A stretch of DNA of 58,558 nucleotides, counting the filler, from Dugesia japonica (lineage: Eukaryota), in NCBI GenBank assembly GCA_001938525.1. It is 5 parts of 5 records of this genome, joined end to end, with 100 filler letters (N's around TTAATTAATTAA, not from the genome) between each part and the next. Parts side by side here need not be neighbours in the genome. Positions count along the whole stretch, not along the records: positions 24,915 to 38,898 come from MQRL01572860.1; positions 38,999 to 49,145 come from MQRL01484283.1; positions 49,246 to 58,558 come from MQRL01610708.1; 2 more parts are not named here. One strand, given 5' to 3'. The position numbers were made by a program, and so were the translations under genes. Each line of letters starts with the position of its first letter. The stretch's first letter is position 1. Shown piece after piece: positions 38,565 to 51,844 of this stretch. The notes under the pieces are model-generated. The model was not told the DNA's origin, ran no database searches, and saw nothing but the letters and a program-made list of their open reading frames with translations.

Positions 38565-38898
38565 TTGTCACGAGGTTGCTATTGGGAATTTTATGCTGCA
38601 AAAGTCAGTAATTTGTACATAAAGTACAATAGTCAAAATCATGCAAAAGCACATTACAATTCAGATAAACATAAAAGTATGTTACTTGCCCAATTACAAT
38701 GTAATGAATCAATTTACATTAAACCAGAAATTAGAGATATTTTAAGTAAATATAAAGATTATGAAATTAATTATTTAAAAAATGTAAAAGTAGAAATGAA
38801 ATTAAATATAACTAAAATATTTATTGAACCAATTAGAGATCTTCACGTATTTTATAATCAAGTTAAAGAAATTATTACTAATTATTTTAATTTTGCTA
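38565..38898 (+). pseudogene. Fragment of a Polinton zinc-finger/pPolB N-terminal region (paralogous to 51244-51760)
   Basis: SQNHAKAHYNSDKHK vs RQNHARTHYNSDRHK; IRDILSKYKDYEI..KVEMKLNI vs IRELLKEYEDYEI..KVEMKLNV. Confidence 0.75.
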
Positions 38899-41800
38899 NN
38901 NNNNNNNNNNNNNNNNNNNNNNNNNNNNNNNNNNNNNNNNNNTTAATTAATTAANNNNNNNNNNNNNNNNNNNNNNNNNNNNNNNNNNNNNNNNNNNNTA
39001 ATTCCTGAACTCGTGGATTCCAACACCCAAGATTTTCGAGAGGAATTTATTGAAGAAGCAAACAGATATTATGAAATTTCAATGACTTAGAATCAGTTTT
39101 AACAACAGGTGCAGTCAAATTATATGAAACAGTGAATGACGCTATTTGACGAGTTTTTAGAAAAACATGTAAAGAAGAATTTTCAGAGTGCTGCAGATCT
39201 TGGAAAATATTTAATTAATATCTTGAAATATTGAAAACTCAATGAATTTTCAATTCCATTGTTGGTTTAATAAATAATTTAGTAAATACTTATAATAATA
39301 TAATACAAAGAATGATTAATATGACTTTAAATGGAGCATCATTAAATTCAAAGAAAGCCTAACTAAAAACCACATAATAGAGTTTATTTAATATATGAAG
39401 TATTTATTCATATAGAATAGTTTTTTTAAAATTAATTAATCTCGTAATAAACGAAAAATGAGAATAATTATAATACTAATAATAATAATTAAAATTACAA
39501 TAAACGTTTTTAGTCTCCTGAGTGATAGTTCCGTTTAAAATAATTAAAAAATTGAGGTAACATGAACTACATACTCATTAAAATCCTTAAATTGCAAAAA
39601 TAAACATTTAATAAACATCTTAAAAGTATAATCTTATGAATTTGTACAACTCAATAAAGAAAAATATAAAAGAAATAGATTGAAACAAATAAAAGTTAAG
39701 CCTAATTTAGTTATTTATATTTCTATTGAAGAAGTAAACTGTAATACAAATGACAATCTGAGCTTTGCGTATCTACTTAGTTAAACTTCGTTGAACTAAG
39801 CTTCTCTTAAAATAATACTTAGATAAAGAAATAATTTGATAGGAATAAATGATTTATAGTGTACAACATGCAAAGATTTAAAGGAAATAATCAAATTATT
39901 TCTGGAATATGAGTGAGTTCCAAGTCTTTTCGATATTAATCTTTAATTCACCACAGCATTCGACCTGGCTCTGTTTCGATTGGTTACATTTATGTTTAAG
40001 GGATTATATTTCAAAACTTCAAGAATTTATGTGATATCCTCTTCTGCCAGATCTCTGTTCTGGCTGTTGTTTTTGCTTGCTCAGTTTCATTTATTGCATT
40101 TTATAAACAAATAACAGATTGATTAAACACGAAATTCTAATTATCGATTAAAGTTTACTGGTCAAATATATCTTCAATGGCAATGTTACCCGCGGAGTTC
40201 GCTTCTGACTAATTATCGTACTCCTGCCAATACGTCCTTGTATTCGTCCAGTGATTTTCTGGTAACGTTATGTCCAAAAACATTCTGTTATTATGTACTT
40301 GTGGCAGTTCCTGTCTTTCGCTATCACTCACTCGGGTTTTCATTGAACAAGCAAGTTTCCTCCGCGGTTTTTTGCAATTTCTTATTAATTTTGACTAATA
40401 TTTTATATTTTCACTGCATTGCTATTAATTCTATTATTTCTCCATCATTTCTCTATAAAATTATTTATATTAATTCACTTAATTCATATGTCATTTTTCT
40501 CTAAATTTTAATGGTAGTTCTAGCCCAAAAAATATATCAAAAGACATAAATTACGCTTCCTAAAAGAAAGACTGCTTAAATTACGTAAAAACTCGTAATG
40601 GATGACTATATAAATAATAATTACAGAAAAGTATAATTTAATTTTGTATGGTCGTGTATTAGTTACAAATTGAGCTTCAAATATTTCTAACAATAATATT
40701 TTTAAAAAAAGATATTTAAAATATTTTTTATACTTCATAACAACTAGAAAATGTTACATTTAACAATTTTATTTTATATATTATGCTTTCCGCGAGTAAA
40801 ATATCATTTGTATATATCTTGATTATTTTCATTTTCTACATCAAAAATAATTAGATTTTTCTTTTCTTTCAGAAGTGAATCACAAAATAGTATATAATCA
40901 TTTTTATTGCCTAATGCTCCGTCTATAGCTTTAGAACCCTTAGAGCTTACTTTCAAAGCAGTTTTATAATTTGAGTGAGATCTTTTCGAAAATCACATCT
41001 TTCTTCTGAAAACCATTGAATTATTTCTTTCGAAATTTTAATACGTTCAGGAATTAAACGTTGTTTTTCAAAAATAAATAAAATAACTTTTTTTATGTTT
41101 ATTTTTGATAAAATTCCTATTTTAATAATTGTATTTCAAATTGAATTATTCTTGTTAAATTAACAATTAAATTATTAATATATCTACAAAGTATAGCCAA
41201 AAGAAAAAGGCTTGGCCAAAATATTGATTAAAAAGAACAACAATATTTGATCTTATGAATTTTAAATATTTTATTCTAAATAATATTATTTATTTAGTTA
41301 TTTCACTGATCAATGATTAAAATCTGTAAAGAAAAGAGTTATGTTAATGTTGACAAAACATTAACCGCGAATATTTTCAATGAATTTAAAATTATTAATA
41401 ATAACCAATGAAAATTAAATTTAATTAAGTTAATTTAATATGGGTTGTTATTTCAAAGTTTGTAATCAGAATTCAAGGAACTATCGTTCCTGAAGAAGGA
41501 ATAGCCCAGTGGTTCCCAAACCTTTTTAAATTTTCCACTGGAAGGTCCCTTAACAAAAAATAATTCACATCATGAGTAGATAGATAGTGGCGCACGAGAA
41601 CAGCACACATTTAGTAAGCCCTTCCAACCCCACCCAGTTAACGTAATCGGATTATTACATAAGTGTTTTCGTATTTTTCCAATGTAAATAGGCAGTGGCA
41701 CACATTTTTGTGCATTTCATATTGCAATTAATTTCTTCGCGACATTATTACGCAACTGTTTTCGTATATCTCAATGTATTTAGTTGAGAAATTATTTTTG

Positions 41801-44800
41801 CACACAAATTATGTCATCAGATTAATTTCATTGGTGAAATTTTATGTAAAAGGAATAACTGTTTTCGTATTTTCCTGTGTATTTAGTTAGGGAAAGTTTT
41901 TGAGGTTTTTTAAGCCGTAATGTGATGTTTAATTTTTCCTGTGTAATTAGTGGCGAAGAATTTATGGCTTTTTAAGCAGCAATATTTTTTAGGCTTTTTA
42001 GTTGGGAATTTGCTCGGTGAGGTTGAATGAGGTCAATTTTGATTGGTTCAGGTAAATTTGGTTGAATATTTCCTCNNGTTTGAGCAGTTTGGATAAATTT
42101 GGTTGGATTTAGGTAATTTTTGTGTGATTTGGTGGAAATTTCCTTCTGTGAGGTCGATCTTTGATTGGTTCAGGTGAATTTGGTCTAAATTTTTCTCGGG
42201 ATTAGTAATTTTTGGGTTATTGGTTGAACGTTTTCTTCGGTTTTGATTATTTTTGGAAATATTTGGAAGATTCGGTAAATTATTTACGCGGTTTAGGAAA
42301 TATTGGTCAATTATTTTCTCTGGATTGGCTAATTTTGGTCGTTTTTGGATAATTTGGGCAATTATTTCCTCACAAGGCTAAATTTTAGGAGAATTTGAAT
42401 GATAATTTTCCGGTCTGGCCAGTTTCGATTGAATTTTAATGAAATTCATGTGAAAAGTTGAATTTGTTTAAATTTTCCAGTTTTTTAAAAGATTTTTGCG
42501 GAATCCGGGCAAACCGTTCATGTTGTTCAAATAATATGAAAATTTAAAATTTTTTCAAATGAAATTTTTATGGGAGTGTTGGTGAACAGTCTAAATATTT
42601 GAGAAAATATGTTCTATATCTCAAATTTCAAAGATTTTTATACCAAACTGCTGAGAATTTTACGGCAATTATTTTACACAAATAAAAGATTTTCGAAAAT
42701 ACTTACCTTCTTAAATAGGTTAAGAAAGTGTCTATTCGATAGAGAATTGTTTGAACCTTAAATCGCCAAAGTTAATACTCAATGAAATAAATAGGGTTTT
42801 ATGGTGGAAAAATCTCAAATGTCGAATTTTTTATACTCAATTTTCTCTGCGTACATAACTCGTATGGTTTCAAATTTGGTATCATTTTACTCAGGAGAAA
42901 AAGGTAACTGTGCAAAGTTTAAATATCGTCTCGTTTAAATATCGTTTAAATATCACCCTCCCGGATTTGGTGACATTTTTCGAAAAATATGAAAAGTAAC
43001 TCAAAATTGATACTATTGGATGGGAGATTTTACGGTAAGTACGAATAACCCGGTTAAAAATCACCAAGCTTTATAGATAAAAAGTTATATTAAAAAACAA
43101 GTATTTTATTTTGGGAGTCCCCGAGAAACAGAAAATAGTTTAATAATTTACTCGATTCAACCTATTTTTTGTATTGGGTTTCCCACACTTCACTAGTACT
43201 CAGTTATCAAAGCTCTGATCACAGTGTTCTGATTGCCGTGCACTAGATTTCAATCATCAATGATTTTATTGAATATTGGTCTTTTCCATTACTTACTGGT
43301 TTGAATCCGCTATTTGCAGTTTTTTTACTAGTAGTAAATATACTGTTTAATTAATATTTAATTATTTAACCTATTCTAAATTTTCACTTGTAATTTTGAT
43401 TAATTTAATTAATGTTTAAGTTTTTATTAAGTATTGGTAATTTTTAAAAATTTCTAATTATTTTTTGAAAAGATTGCAAATAGTATTGATTGAATAAATT
43501 AAGTATGGTGAATTGATTAATTTTCAATGTGTAATTTGATTGAAACTATACCTCTGTAAGTAAATGTTTAATCGTGTTTTGAAAATAAATTAGATTTCAA
43601 TTATATATTTTTTATGATTAAATTTAAAATTTTTTGCGGTTAAATTAAAATTATAAAAAAAATGTTTATTAATTATTGATGCAAAATTTGAAATATTTTT
43701 AAATCAAATTAAATTTCGTATGTATTTTTTAATTAATGTTTAATTGATAATAGAAAAGTTTTATTTAGCATTGATTCATTAAAATAATTTCTAAACAATT
43801 ATTCGAAATAACTCATATAATTGATAAAATAGATTAAGCATGATGGATTTAATAATTTTCAAATAATTATCAGTAAAAGTACATACAACTTGAATTTATG
43901 TGAAAACACATTAATATTAGAATAATCTTTCAAATAAATAGTTAAATTATGCTTTTTAAATAAGAGTAGAGTATTAATGAAAATAAAAACTTAACTCAAA
44001 TTTAAGCATCAAAATAACTATTAGATATTGAATTTAATGCTAAATAGGAATAAAATGGTAAAAAATCGTCAATCTTTAACCTCAATGAAAATAGTTAATT
44101 TCAAACTTTAATTATAATAATTGAAATTTATATTAAGCATTAAATAATTTTAAATATTTATTGAAAGTAACTTAAATAATTGATTGAATAAATACTTTTA
44201 ATTAATTATGAAGAAATTATCTAAAACTTTAATGTTAAGTGTAAAATAAAATAATTTTAGACATTTTAAATAAGAAGTGAAAATTTAAGCTTTTCACAAA
44301 TAAATGCCTATTATTGGTACTTCTTTATAAAATTTAAACTTTTACAATTATATAGGGGAAAAATCTTTACAATTTATGGTTTCACATTCAGTAAATTCTA
44401 AAATAAATAAAGATAACTTTTTATTTTCAATGAGGATATTACAATAAATAATAATAATTTNAAAATTAAATTCAATGAATCAAATTAGCTACTCAAATAG
44501 TTATTGATTTGATTATAATTTTACTTTGAATAAAATTTCTTTGAAGATTTAACTAATTAATTTAAAAAAATATTTAAATGAATAAATTCATTGATTTTAA
44601 AGGTTAATACTAGGTTTAATTGGATAAAAGTTTAATGATTGAATAAATTTATGTTCCACGTAGTTGATTAATTGATTAAAAAACCTATTAAAAATATATT
44701 GTTTAATAGATATTACTTTATTAAAGTGAATAATAATTCAGTTTATTCGGGCTATTAGTTGTAAAGTATATAATAGAGTTAATAAGCGATGAACAGATTA

Positions 44801-44829
44801 AACCATTAACTGAATAATTAATAGGTAAA

Positions 44830-45075
44830 TGATGATAGCGTGCATTATGTTTTAGTGAGAGTTGTGTATGTCAAGAGCTGTTGGTAACTAGCATTGTGTA
44901 TGTTAACACTTGATTATAGTGAGTATTGTATATGTTAAGAGCTGTTGATAACGCGTATTATGTATTAAGACTTGATGAAAGCGAATATTGTACTGTTTGT
45001 ATGTTAAGACTTAATGATAGCGAGTATTGTGTTTGTTAAAACTTGGTGATAGCGAGAGTTGTGCACTATGACTTA
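44830..45075. repeat. Degenerate ~30 bp tandem repeat (GATAGCGAGTATTGTATGTTAAGACTT)
   Basis: About 8 diverged units read directly. Confidence 0.65.
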
Positions 45076-45304
45076 AACCATATTATAACGAATATTATAC
45101 TAAGTATGATTAATATGTAAATAATGTAGACTAGTTGAACTGACCCTATATTTTCAAAGGATTTTATTATATTAAGAGGGAAAATATGTCGATGATTGAC
45201 TGAATTATTTAGTTTGATTGATAGTACAATTAAAGTACAATTGTTTAAGTGAACAATTGGTAGATTTTTTATAGTCACTTGGCAGTATTAGAGTCATTAT
45301 TACA

Positions 45305-45720
45305 GTTTATGTAAATTTTAACTAGCTTTATAAAAGTTTGTGGACATTTTCAAAGATGAATAAAAAGTTCCTGAAAACTTGCAATGATGCTTAAAAAGTT
45401 CCTATAAATTATAACCAGCTTTAGAAAAGTTCATGTAAATATTCAATAATTTTGAAAAGGTTCTACTAAATTTTAGAATTTTTTTCCCGCTCTTTTACAT
45501 AGGATTTTATGAGTTTAGAAAATTCATGTAAATTTCGACTAGTTTTAAGAGTTCATGTAAATTTTTAACAATGTTTTAAAAGTTTGTGTAATGTTTCAGC
45601 GACTAGAAAAAAGTTCTAGTAAATTTTCATCAATTTGAAGAAAGTTGTAGTAAATTTTCAATCATCTTTTAAAAGTTCATGTAAATTTCAGATAAAATTA
45701 TTTGACTTCATGTAAATTTG
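45305..45720. repeat. Degenerate ~30 bp tandem repeat (AAAAGTTCATGTAAATTTT core)
   Basis: About 12 diverged units read directly. Confidence 0.65.
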
Positions 45721-47699
45721 ATAATACAATCTCACTTTTTTTTGTCATCATTGGTATTAGCTTCATCCCACTTTTTTTCATTTTTCAAACTTAATGCGAT
45801 GAAACATACTAAGAATGATGTGAAACCTGATTTGAATAATAAATAATTAAGTATTAATTGTTTGTCAATATGTTGTTCTAAATAATAAATTATAATGTAG
45901 TGGAGACTACTTACAACAATTGCTTTATTGAATAAATATGTTTTAATGGTCTTATATTTAATTATAAAAACCTATAGTTTTCATATTGAAACTCAAATTT
46001 TCTTGTTAAAACCAGTATTTTTATAATAAACTACCTGTTTTCCATTAAACCAATATTTTTAATGTGGAATAAACTGGCCAGACCGGAAAATTATCATTCA
46101 AATTCTCCTATTCGTTTCTATTTCTCTCCCCTTGTGAGGAAAAAAGTGCCCAAATCGTCCAAAGCTGACCAAAACAGACTAATGTAAGAAAAATTCAACC
46201 AATATTATCTAAACCGAGAAAATAATTGACCAAATTTTCCTAAACCGAGTAAATAATTTACCGAATCTTCCAAATATTTCCCAAACTAACCAAAACCGAA
46301 GAAAACCCAATCACCCAAAAATTACCAATCCCGAGAAAAAATTAGACCAAATTCACCTGAACCAATCAAAGATCGACCTCATTCGACCTCGCCGAAGGAA
46401 TTTTCCACCAAATCACACAAAAATTACCTAAATCCAACCAAATTTATTCAAACTGCTCAAACCCGAGGAAATATTCAACCAAATTTACCTGAACCAATCA
46501 AAATTGACCTCATTCAACCTCACCGAGCAAATTCCCAACTAAAAAGCCTCAAAATGTTTTCCCATTTAAACACGCATGAAAATACGAAAACAGTTAATCC
46601 TTTTTCATAAAATTTCACCGATGAAATTAATTTGATGTCATAATTTGTGTGCAAAAATAATTTCCCAACTAAATACATTGAGAAATACAAAAACAGTTGC
46701 GTAATAATCTCTCGACGAAATTAATTGCATTATGAAATGCACAAAAATGTGTGCCACTGCCTATTTACATTGGAAAAATACAAAAAAACTTATGTAATAA
46801 TCCGATTACGTTAACTGCGTGGTGGTGGGAGGGGCTTCCTGAATGTGTGCTGTTCTCGTGCGCCACTATCTATCTACTATCATGTTCCCCAAGCTTCAGA
46901 ATGGGTTATATTTAGGTTTACTATTAAATCTTTAATACGGATACATTTTTAAAATGTTTTATTTTTAAATTTCTATCTAATTAAATAAACTGTATGATTT
47001 GCACATAATAGCATTTTAAAGCTCAGAGATTTCCAAAAAATTAAAGTTGAACTTCAGCAGATAAGATTTTATAGTGTTCACCAAAGTTGTATGACGCAAA
47101 CCATATGCACAATCTCTTTCACAGTCCCAAAAAACACTTTCGAGTTCCCTAGTTTGGGAACTACTGGCATTGCCGAAATATTGAATAAAAGAAGAACAGC
47201 AGTTTTGATCTTTTGCTTATAAAATATTTTGTTTTAAATAAAATTGTTTATTTAGTTTTTTTTACAGATTAATAGTCAAAATATTTTAAAAAAAGTTTAG
47301 TCAATTAATACAATAAATATGCCTGCTTTGAAGAAGTTAATGGAAGCTTAATTTTAACTTTAAAATTTAAATTAGTTAATAATTCTGGTGATTCTAGTTA
47401 ATCTTTATAAATTCTAGAGAAACCCGTAAAATTTAAAAACCCAGGAAGATGACAAGGATACAAATAATATTCAATGTTTTAAAAATGTATTATCCTCTTA
47501 AAAAGTTTTATTTATTTATTTTTATTAATACGGTCATTTGGAAAGCAATGGCGGATCTTTGAATATTCCTGACTTTCAGGAAAATCTATAAAGAATATAT
47601 ATTTTCAATTGATTTTTATTTTAATATATATAAGAACCATGTTTCCTATAGATTGCAAAAGTTTATATAGGATTTTTGTCATCACTGTACAAATTAATT

Positions 47700-47990
47700 A
47701 TCATGAATAGACTCACTTTTTGTAGCATTTTACGTTACGATTTCAAACTGGGTCACAATCGAATAGAAACAACTGAAAGTTTAAACAAAGCGTATGGATA
47801 TATTACTCCAGCTCAGTGTAATGGGCAGAGATTCTAGAGATTCTGAAGTAGAAATAAGTATTCTAAAGATAAAAAAAGAACTGGGTGACTTTCTGCTGTT
47901 GATGATCATGTTTTAAAACAATTATTCCAGGACAAACTAAAGACAAAATGTGTCATAGATTTCATAAAAATGAAAATATTTCAATTAACT
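47700..47990 (+). pseudogene. Mariner transposase N-terminal fragment
   Basis: SILRYDFKLGHNRIETTESLNKAYG...KKRTG*LSAVDDHVLK resembles the Mos1-type HTH region. Confidence 0.7.
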
Positions 47991-49499
47991 ACCTCCAAAC
48001 TTCTCTCTTCAAAAGATATTTCACTGATAATTTTTGCATTGCATCATTACTTGTGTTGAAAGTTGATTATTTTTAATTACAACAAATATTATGAAGATTA
48101 GTCCTTTAAATACTTCGAAAAAATGATGCTTCATCCGAAGAAGTCTATGGTCAACAGTGGGTGTTCTAAAAATAAATAGAGTTCTATCGACCAATTCATT
48201 TATAAACAACTAGAGAAACTCTACTTGTTCGTATTGTTTTACGAAGAAATATTGGAAAAACAAATGCTGAAAATATTGAGCTTCCCTTATTTAGACTTAA
48301 TATTTAAAAGACTTGATTTAATGGAAACATTTGTTTCGAAAACATGGTAGTATTCTTTTCATTGGCTTTTAATTAAAAAAGCAATCAATGTTCTTTTAAA
48401 GTCCATATTTATTTGCTTTTAAACTATTTTAGTGATGAAGTTAAAAATCATGAAGAATATAATATTTTTGTACTTCTAAATTGTAAAGAAATATATTTTT
48501 CATAGATTTTAGCTAATTGTTTTACATTAATGTTTTTAGATTTGTATTTTTAAATAATTCAAAGAATACTTAAGGAAAGTTATACTTGCTATCATTTTAA
48601 AAATATATATGAAAAATATTTCAATTGCATAAATTGCATGCTCAACCTCTGAACTTTCTATTATGATGATCATTATATTTTACCTTGTCTACAGTTTCAT
48701 TCAATTCAATTTTACAAGAGTGGCATTTTAAAATAAAGACAAACGAAAACACGCCAAACAATGTTCTATACAAATCAAACAACAATGAAATATTTGTTAA
48801 AACGAAAGAAAAAAATAATACTTTATTCATAAAGAAAAACTATTTAAAATAGTATTGATTAAAATTTAATATCAAAAAAACAAAATTCATAAAAAATTCT
48901 ATTAAATCAAAGCAAAATCTTTGTAACTTATTTTAATTATTTCATTATTTCATTAAGTAGTAATCAGAAACTTTCTTAACAGACAGTAAAATATAAAATT
49001 TTCTCTAACAGACTTTATATTATAATTATAATTAAAAAATGTGGTCACAATTATAACTAATTAGTGGACAATGTCTTCTTTTATGATTGATTATTTCATA
49101 ATTACTTTTGAAATGTTTGCAGCATTAATAAATACAAGATACAAANNNNNNNNNNNNNNNNNNNNNNNNNNNNNNNNNNNNNNNNNNNNTTAATTAATTA
49201 ANNNNNNNNNNNNNNNNNNNNNNNNNNNNNNNNNNNNNNNNNNNNCATCAAGGGTAAGGTCAACCGCAATAAACTGAAAACCTACCATAGGGACGGTAGG
49301 GTTAAATTCTTGAAAAGGGTCCCCTGAGGACTGTTTTTGAGCATGGTTTTTTTAATATAATCAAAATGGTAATTAAATTTATTTTATTATTACTTTCTGA
49401 TTTTAATATTAAGAATCATCTATTTTCTCGATAATAATAAACTAGATGTTCAAACACAATTTATTTATCATTGAAATAACACAGTNNNNNNNNNNNNNN

Positions 49500-50910
49500 N
49501 AAAAATACAAAGTAAATATTCTCATTTATTAAAAACTTTTTGAGTCTGTATCTTGCTTCTATATTACACGGATAAATATTGTTATCCTCATTTTTCATCT
49601 TTTTCAATAGTCGGAATCCAAAAATTTTTTTGTAATTCTATTCCTTCTATTAAATTTGGCTGTACCCATTTTACCACAATAAATTTAACTTCTTTGCATT
49701 GATTTCCAAATTTTATTTCTACTTTTATCGTATCTACAATTTCAAGTGCACTGTTATTGGCAAATCTTAAATTATCTTCACCTTTTATTATATTGACTTC
49801 TCTTTCAAAAATATTCAAGCTCGCAACATTGACTCTTTCTACTTATTCTTTGAATCCCAACCGTTACACTTGGTATACTTTGCATCCTGTCAAAGTTTAT
49901 ATCTTGCTGCTTTATTTCTTCTATCGCCAAGATTTCATTACCATGTTTTTTATCATTTTTATCATTTATCATCTCTGGTTTGCTTTCAATCATTCTTTTC
50001 TTAATAAACTTGTAAACCTTTTCTTTAGAACTCATCTACTCTCTTGTCTTCCTTTCTTTCATTTATATTATTATCTACACTATTTTTTACTATAATTAAG
50101 AATATTTTAATTTTTTGTGATACTTAATTCAACACCCCGGAGCTTTGCCATTTGGGTATTCCTCCTTATACATATTCGCTCCTTCCTTTTAACAGTATCA
50201 TTTATCGTCATTACATGTACAATCTCTTCCATTTTTCTCAATTGTATTAGCATGACTTCCTTTTCTTCTTGTGTCGTTATTTGTATTAATTGGATAATAT
50301 CTTTGTTGGTCATTTTCGAATTATTTTTTGACATGTTCACTCTTATTCTGATAATTAAACTGCGTGCTCGTATTTGTGTAACAGTCTTCTACGTGGTGTC
50401 ATTTTTATTGTATCTTGAGCAACTAACTTTCTTAAGTGTTGTCAGACTCACAAGCATAGAAAGTTTTTAGCTTTCTAGACAACTTTTGTCTAAATGATAT
50501 ATTTTGTTACAGATTCAACATGTGATGTATCATCTTCTGTTGTTGCTGTTCTGCTATATCTCTTCATTAAAGCTCTTGATAAAGTTTATTTGTTCTGGAC
50601 TTCAGTGGACTGCATCTCTTTAGTTACGAACTACATTTATTTCTTAAATTTTTACTTAGACNNNNNNNNNNNNNNNNNNNNNNNNNNNNNNNNNNNNNNN
50701 NNNNNNNNNNNNNNNNNNCTTGACTTGATCTTATGTTTTATCTTTCTGTCATTAAAACTATTCATAATTAAATCCTTTGTTAAATCTTCTATGTTCGATT
50801 TGTAAGTTAATAACTTTTCTACCATTCCTTATATCGTCTTCCTATAGATGCTCACATAATCTCCATTCCTTCGATAATTTAGAGCTTCCTCCAAATTTTT
50901 AAGCATTGAC
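49500..50910 (-). pseudogene. Degenerate gypsy gag/protease fragment
   Basis: NLRFANNSALEIVDTIKVEIKFG..VKFIVVKWVQPNLIEGIELQKNF parallels the element B protease C-half. Confidence 0.65.
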
Positions 50911-50937
50911 GCAGGCTTGAAGAAAAAAAAATATAAA

Positions 50938-51180
50938 AATATTTTAATGTAGCATATTTTTAGTGTAAAATATGTGAAGTAATATTTTAATGTGACATAT
51001 TTTAGTGTAATATTTTTAGTGTAATATTTTAATGTGACATATTTTAGTGTAATATTTTTAGTGTAATATTTTTAGTGTAATATTTTAATGTGACATATTT
51101 TAGTGTAATATTTTAATGCGAAATATTTATGAAAAAAATGTAACACGAAACATGTGACATATATTTTGTGTGATAAAATA
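50938..51180. repeat. Tandem 13-15 bp repeats (AATATTTTAATGTGACATATTTTAGTGT) upstream of the pPolB module
   Basis: More than 12 units read directly. Confidence 0.8.
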
Positions 51181-51243
51181 TTCACGCATTAAAGAGGAAT
51201 ATTATAAAAATATATTTAAGAGGTTAAATTATTCCTTTAGAAA

Positions 51244-51561
51244 ATGAGTGATACAAACAAATGTAATAATTGTAATAAAAAGTTTAAGAGTTTAGCTGGG
51301 TTTAAAGCCCATGTTAGATTTAGAATATGTTATAGAGTAAATGAAGAATTTCAATGTGAAACATGTCGTAAAAAATTCAATTCAGAAAATGGTTTACAAG
51401 AACATTTAAATGTAACAAGATGCGGTAATCCAGTGATTGTACCATTATTCTGCGAAATTTGTAATAAAATATTTCAAAGACAAAATCACGCAAGAACACA
51501 TTATAATTCTGACAGACATAAAAAATGGTACGTAATGGTAATCAATCAGGTGGAGAAGTAA
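51244..51561 (+). CDS. Three C2H2/C2HC zinc fingers (probably the N-terminus of the pPolB ORF)
   Basis: CNNCNKKF..H, CETCRKKF..H, CEICNKIF..HARTHYNSDRH. Confidence 0.75.
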   Translation: MSDTNKCNNCNKKFKSLAGFKAHVRFRICYRVNEEFQCETCRKKFNSENGLQEHLNVTRCGNPVIVPLFCEICNKIFQRQNHARTHYNSDRHKKWYVMVINQVEK

Positions 51562-51844
51562 TTAATTCTAAATAAGAAATTAGAGAATTATTAAAAGAAT
51601 ATGAAGATTATGAAATTGAAAATTTTAAAGAGAGTAAAGTGGAAATGAAATTAAATGTAGATGAAATATATGAAACAGTTACTAATATTTATATATTTCA
51701 AAAGGAAGTAGAAGAAATTGTTACAAAATATTTTAAATATGGAAAAAAGATTCTTATAAGTATGAAAGTTAAATGCAGATATGAAAAAGAAATAAATAAT
51801 GAACAAATAAATAAATAAATAAATAATTATCCAACATTAAATTC

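Larger units (their letters stand above)
41575..46878. mobile_element. Complete non-autonomous, non-coding Polinton/Maverick derivative (5304 bp)
   Basis: TIRs at about 41575-42425 and 46071-46878, starting AGTAGATAGATAGTGGCGCACGAGAACAGCACACATT; perfect 6-bp TSD ATCATG (41569-41574 and 46879-46884). Confidence 0.92.
41507..47166. mobile_element. hAT-type MITE (~350 bp) split by the Polinton-derived insertion
   Basis: TIRs CAGTGGTTCCCAAAC and GTTTGGGAACTACTG; flanking 8-mers GAATAGCC and GCATTGCC (6/8 match). Confidence 0.75.
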
